DNA of 37,692 bases, from positions 1 through 37,692 of the IMG/VR virus record IMGVR_UViG_2645727775_000019, one strand, 5' to 3'. Origin of the DNA: a virus. Its lineage: Duplodnaviria; Heunggongvirae; Uroviricota; Caudoviricetes. The position numbers were made by a program, and so were the translations under genes. Below, piece by piece: positions 35,991 through 37,692 of this stretch; the first letter of the stretch is position 1, and the number at the start of each line of letters is the position of its first letter. The notes under the pieces are model-generated. The model saw only the letters and a list, made by a program, of their open reading frames with translations, was not told where the DNA came from and did no database searches.

Positions 35991-36005
35991 CTGCAGGGGA
36001 CACCA
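35991..36005 (+). repeat. attR core: copy of tRNA 3' end (CTGCAGGGGACACCA)
   Basis: Acceptor-stem 3' half plus CCA; matches argW 3' end as recalled; plus orientation as expected when int lies downstream of the tRNA at attL. Confidence 0.6.
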
Positions 36006-36444
36006 GATACCCTTCAAACGATATCTACCTTCACCCCGTAAAAGATAAGTTTGGCAGCACATTTGCCCTATCTACTCATTTTTCCTGCAACAGGTTGAAA
36101 TCTCAACACGGTCAGAAAACGCTGATGACTAAACAGCCCTGGGCCGGGCGATGTAACCATCACACACAATCCTGATCGCGAAATATGGCGTGACTTGATA
36201 CTTCACTCCACAATGCTTTCCTTGATGAATTCGCAGGCCCGTGATACACGGGACAGGTCGCTGAATTACGACAATGCCCTGGAAATCAGCGAGCCGTGTA
36301 TCCAGAGTACATTTGAGCGACTGTACCAGAACATGAATGAGGCGTTTGGATTAGGCGATTATTAGCAGGGCTAAGCATTTTGGTATTATTATTTTCCGGT
36401 TGAGGGATATAGAGCTATCGACAACAACCGGAAAAAGTTTACGT

Positions 36445-37692
36445 TTATATTGCTGAAGGTACTGGCGTTTCCATCACTATTTGCTCACGTTTTTTACTCA
36501 GGAAGAAAATGCCAAATAGCAACATCAGGCAGACAATACCCGAAATTGCGAAAAAAACCGTCTGGTAGCCTGCGTGGTCAAAGAGTATCCCAGTCGGCGT
36601 TGAAAGCAGCACAATCCCCAACGAACTGGCAATTTGAAAACCAATCAGAAAGATCGTCGACGACAGGCGCTTATCAAAATTTGCCACGCTGTATTTGAAG
36701 ACGGATATGACACAAAGTGGAACCTCAATGGCATGTAACAGCTTCACTAATGAAATAATCCAGGGGTTAACGAATAGCGCGCAGGAAAGGATACGCAACG
36801 CCATAATCACAACACCGATAAGTAATGCATTTTTTGGCCCTACCCGATTCACAAAGAAAGGAATAATCGCCATGCACAGCGCTTCGAGTACCACCTGGAA
36901 TGAGTTGAGATAACCATACAGGCGCGTTCCTACATCGTGTGATTCGAATAAACCTGCATAAAAGACAGGAAAGAGTTGTTGATCAAAAATGTTATAGAAA
37001 GACCACGTCCCCACAATAAATATGACGAAAACCCAGAAGTTTCGATCCTTGAAAACTGCGATAAAATCCTCTTTTTTTACCCCTCCCGCATCCGCCGCTA
37101 TGCACTGGTGATCCTTATCTTTAAAACGCATGTTGATCATCATAAATACAGCGCCAAATAGCGAGACCAACCAGAAGTTGATATGGGGACTGATACTAAA
37201 AAATATACCGGCAAAGAACGCGCCAATAGCATAGCCAAAAGATCCCCAGGCGCGCGCTGTTCCATATTCGAAATGAAAATTTCGCGCCATTTTTTCGGTG
37301 AAGCTGTCAAGCAAACCGCATCCCGCCAGATACCCCAGGCCAAAAAAGAGCGCCCCCAGAATTAGACCTGCAGAAAAATTGCTTTGCAGTAACGGTTCAT
37401 AAACGTAAATCATAAACGGTCCGGTCAAGACCAGAATGAAACTCATACACCAGATGAGCGGTTTCTTCAGACCGAGTTTATCCTGAACGATGCCGTAGAA
37501 CATCATAAATAGAATGCTGGTAAACTGGTTGACCGAATAAAGTGTACCTAATTCCGTCCCTGTTAATCCTAGATGTCCTTTCAGCCAAATAGCGTATAAT
37601 GACCACCACAGCGACCAGGAAATAAAAAAGAGAAATGAGTAACTGGATGCAAAACGATAGTACGCATTTCTGAATGGAATATTCAGTGCCAT
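36445..37692 (-). CDS. cscB: LacY-family oligosaccharide:H+ symporter (sucrose permease CscB-like), host gene
   Basis: 415 aa, 12-TM MFS permease with LacY-like N-terminus; outside the prophage. Confidence 0.75.
   Translation of the reverse strand: MALNIPFRNAYYRFASSYSFLFFISWSLWWSLYAIWLKGHLGLTGTELGTLYSVNQFTSILFMMFYGIVQDKLGLKKPLIWCMSFILVLTGPFMIYVYEPLLQSNFSAGLILGALFFGLGYLAGCGLLDSFTEKMARNFHFEYGTARAWGSFGYAIGAFFAGIFFSISPHINFWLVSLFGAVFMMINMRFKDKDHQCIAADAGGVKKEDFIAVFKDRNFWVFVIFIVGTWSFYNIFDQQLFPVFYAGLFESHDVGTRLYGYLNSFQVVLEALCMAIIPFFVNRVGPKNALLIGVVIMALRILSCALFVNPWIISLVKLLHAIEVPLCVISVFKYSVANFDKRLSSTIFLIGFQIASSLGIVLLSTPTGILFDHAGYQTVFFAISGIVCLMLLFGIFFLSKKREQIVMETPVPSAI

Larger units (their letters stand above)
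1..36005. mobile_element. Prophage, CPS-53/KplE1-like, integrated at a tRNA-Arg (argW-type) site; mosaic of lambdoid regulation, HK97-like head and Mu-like contractile tail
   Basis: Integrase at left edge, excisionase plus tRNA 3'-end copy at right edge, complete morphogenesis, lysis, replication and immunity gene sets between them; host permease immediately outside. Confidence 0.85.

Noticed and set aside
35682-36005. A complete tRNA gene at the right end
   Set aside because: Only 3'-half fragments (T-arm and acceptor/CCA) are present; no D-arm or anticodon arm, consistent with an att-site duplication rather than a functional tRNA
36380-36440. Inverted repeat TTTTCCGGTTG...CAACCGGAAAA downstream of cscB as a mobile-element end
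   Set aside because: Single hairpin at the 3' end of the permease gene, most simply a transcription terminator or REP-like element; no flanking transposase or direct repeats

Overview
Almost the whole window (nt 1 to ~36005) is one ~36 kb prophage of the CPS-53/KplE1 type, apparently integrated at the argW tRNA locus. An IntS-like P4-family integrase starts at nt 1; a TorI-like excisionase and a copy of a tRNA 3' end (attR core, 35991-36005) sit at the other end, followed by a host LacY-family permease (cscB-like, 36445-37692). All calls are from reading the sequence and ORF translations and from remembered protein families; no database search was run. The prophage is a mosaic with a lambda-like immunity switch (divergent cI/cro with palindromic TGTAC-N7-GTACA operators, CII-like, O-like initiator with in-gene iterons, lambda-Q homologue), an HK97-like head and packaging set (HNH, terS, terL, portal, protease, major capsid), and a Mu-like contractile tail and baseplate. 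The lysis cassette has a lambda R-like transglycosylase, a holin and overlapped spanins. Nearly all phage genes lie on the minus strand; cI and the yfdPQRST-torI block are on the plus strand. Accessory (moron) positions carry the most unusual content: (1) next to int, a UmuD'-like (HumD-like) gene behind a LexA box and a very AT-rich acyltransferase; (2) between Q and the holin, a terminator-insulated cassette with a 221-aa unknown protein, a 29-aa hydrophobic peptide and a membrane-anchored coiled-coil protein; (3) downstream of the pL-like promoter, an AT-rich islet with two convergent overlapping small genes and a GC-rich, highly structured ~300 nt segment; (4) a small gene hidden in an alternative frame between the CII-like and O-like genes; (5) a Dam methylase, LexA-DBD-only and ANR-like module chained by overlapping start/stop codons. 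No CRISPR array, IS element, rRNA or complete tRNA gene was seen.
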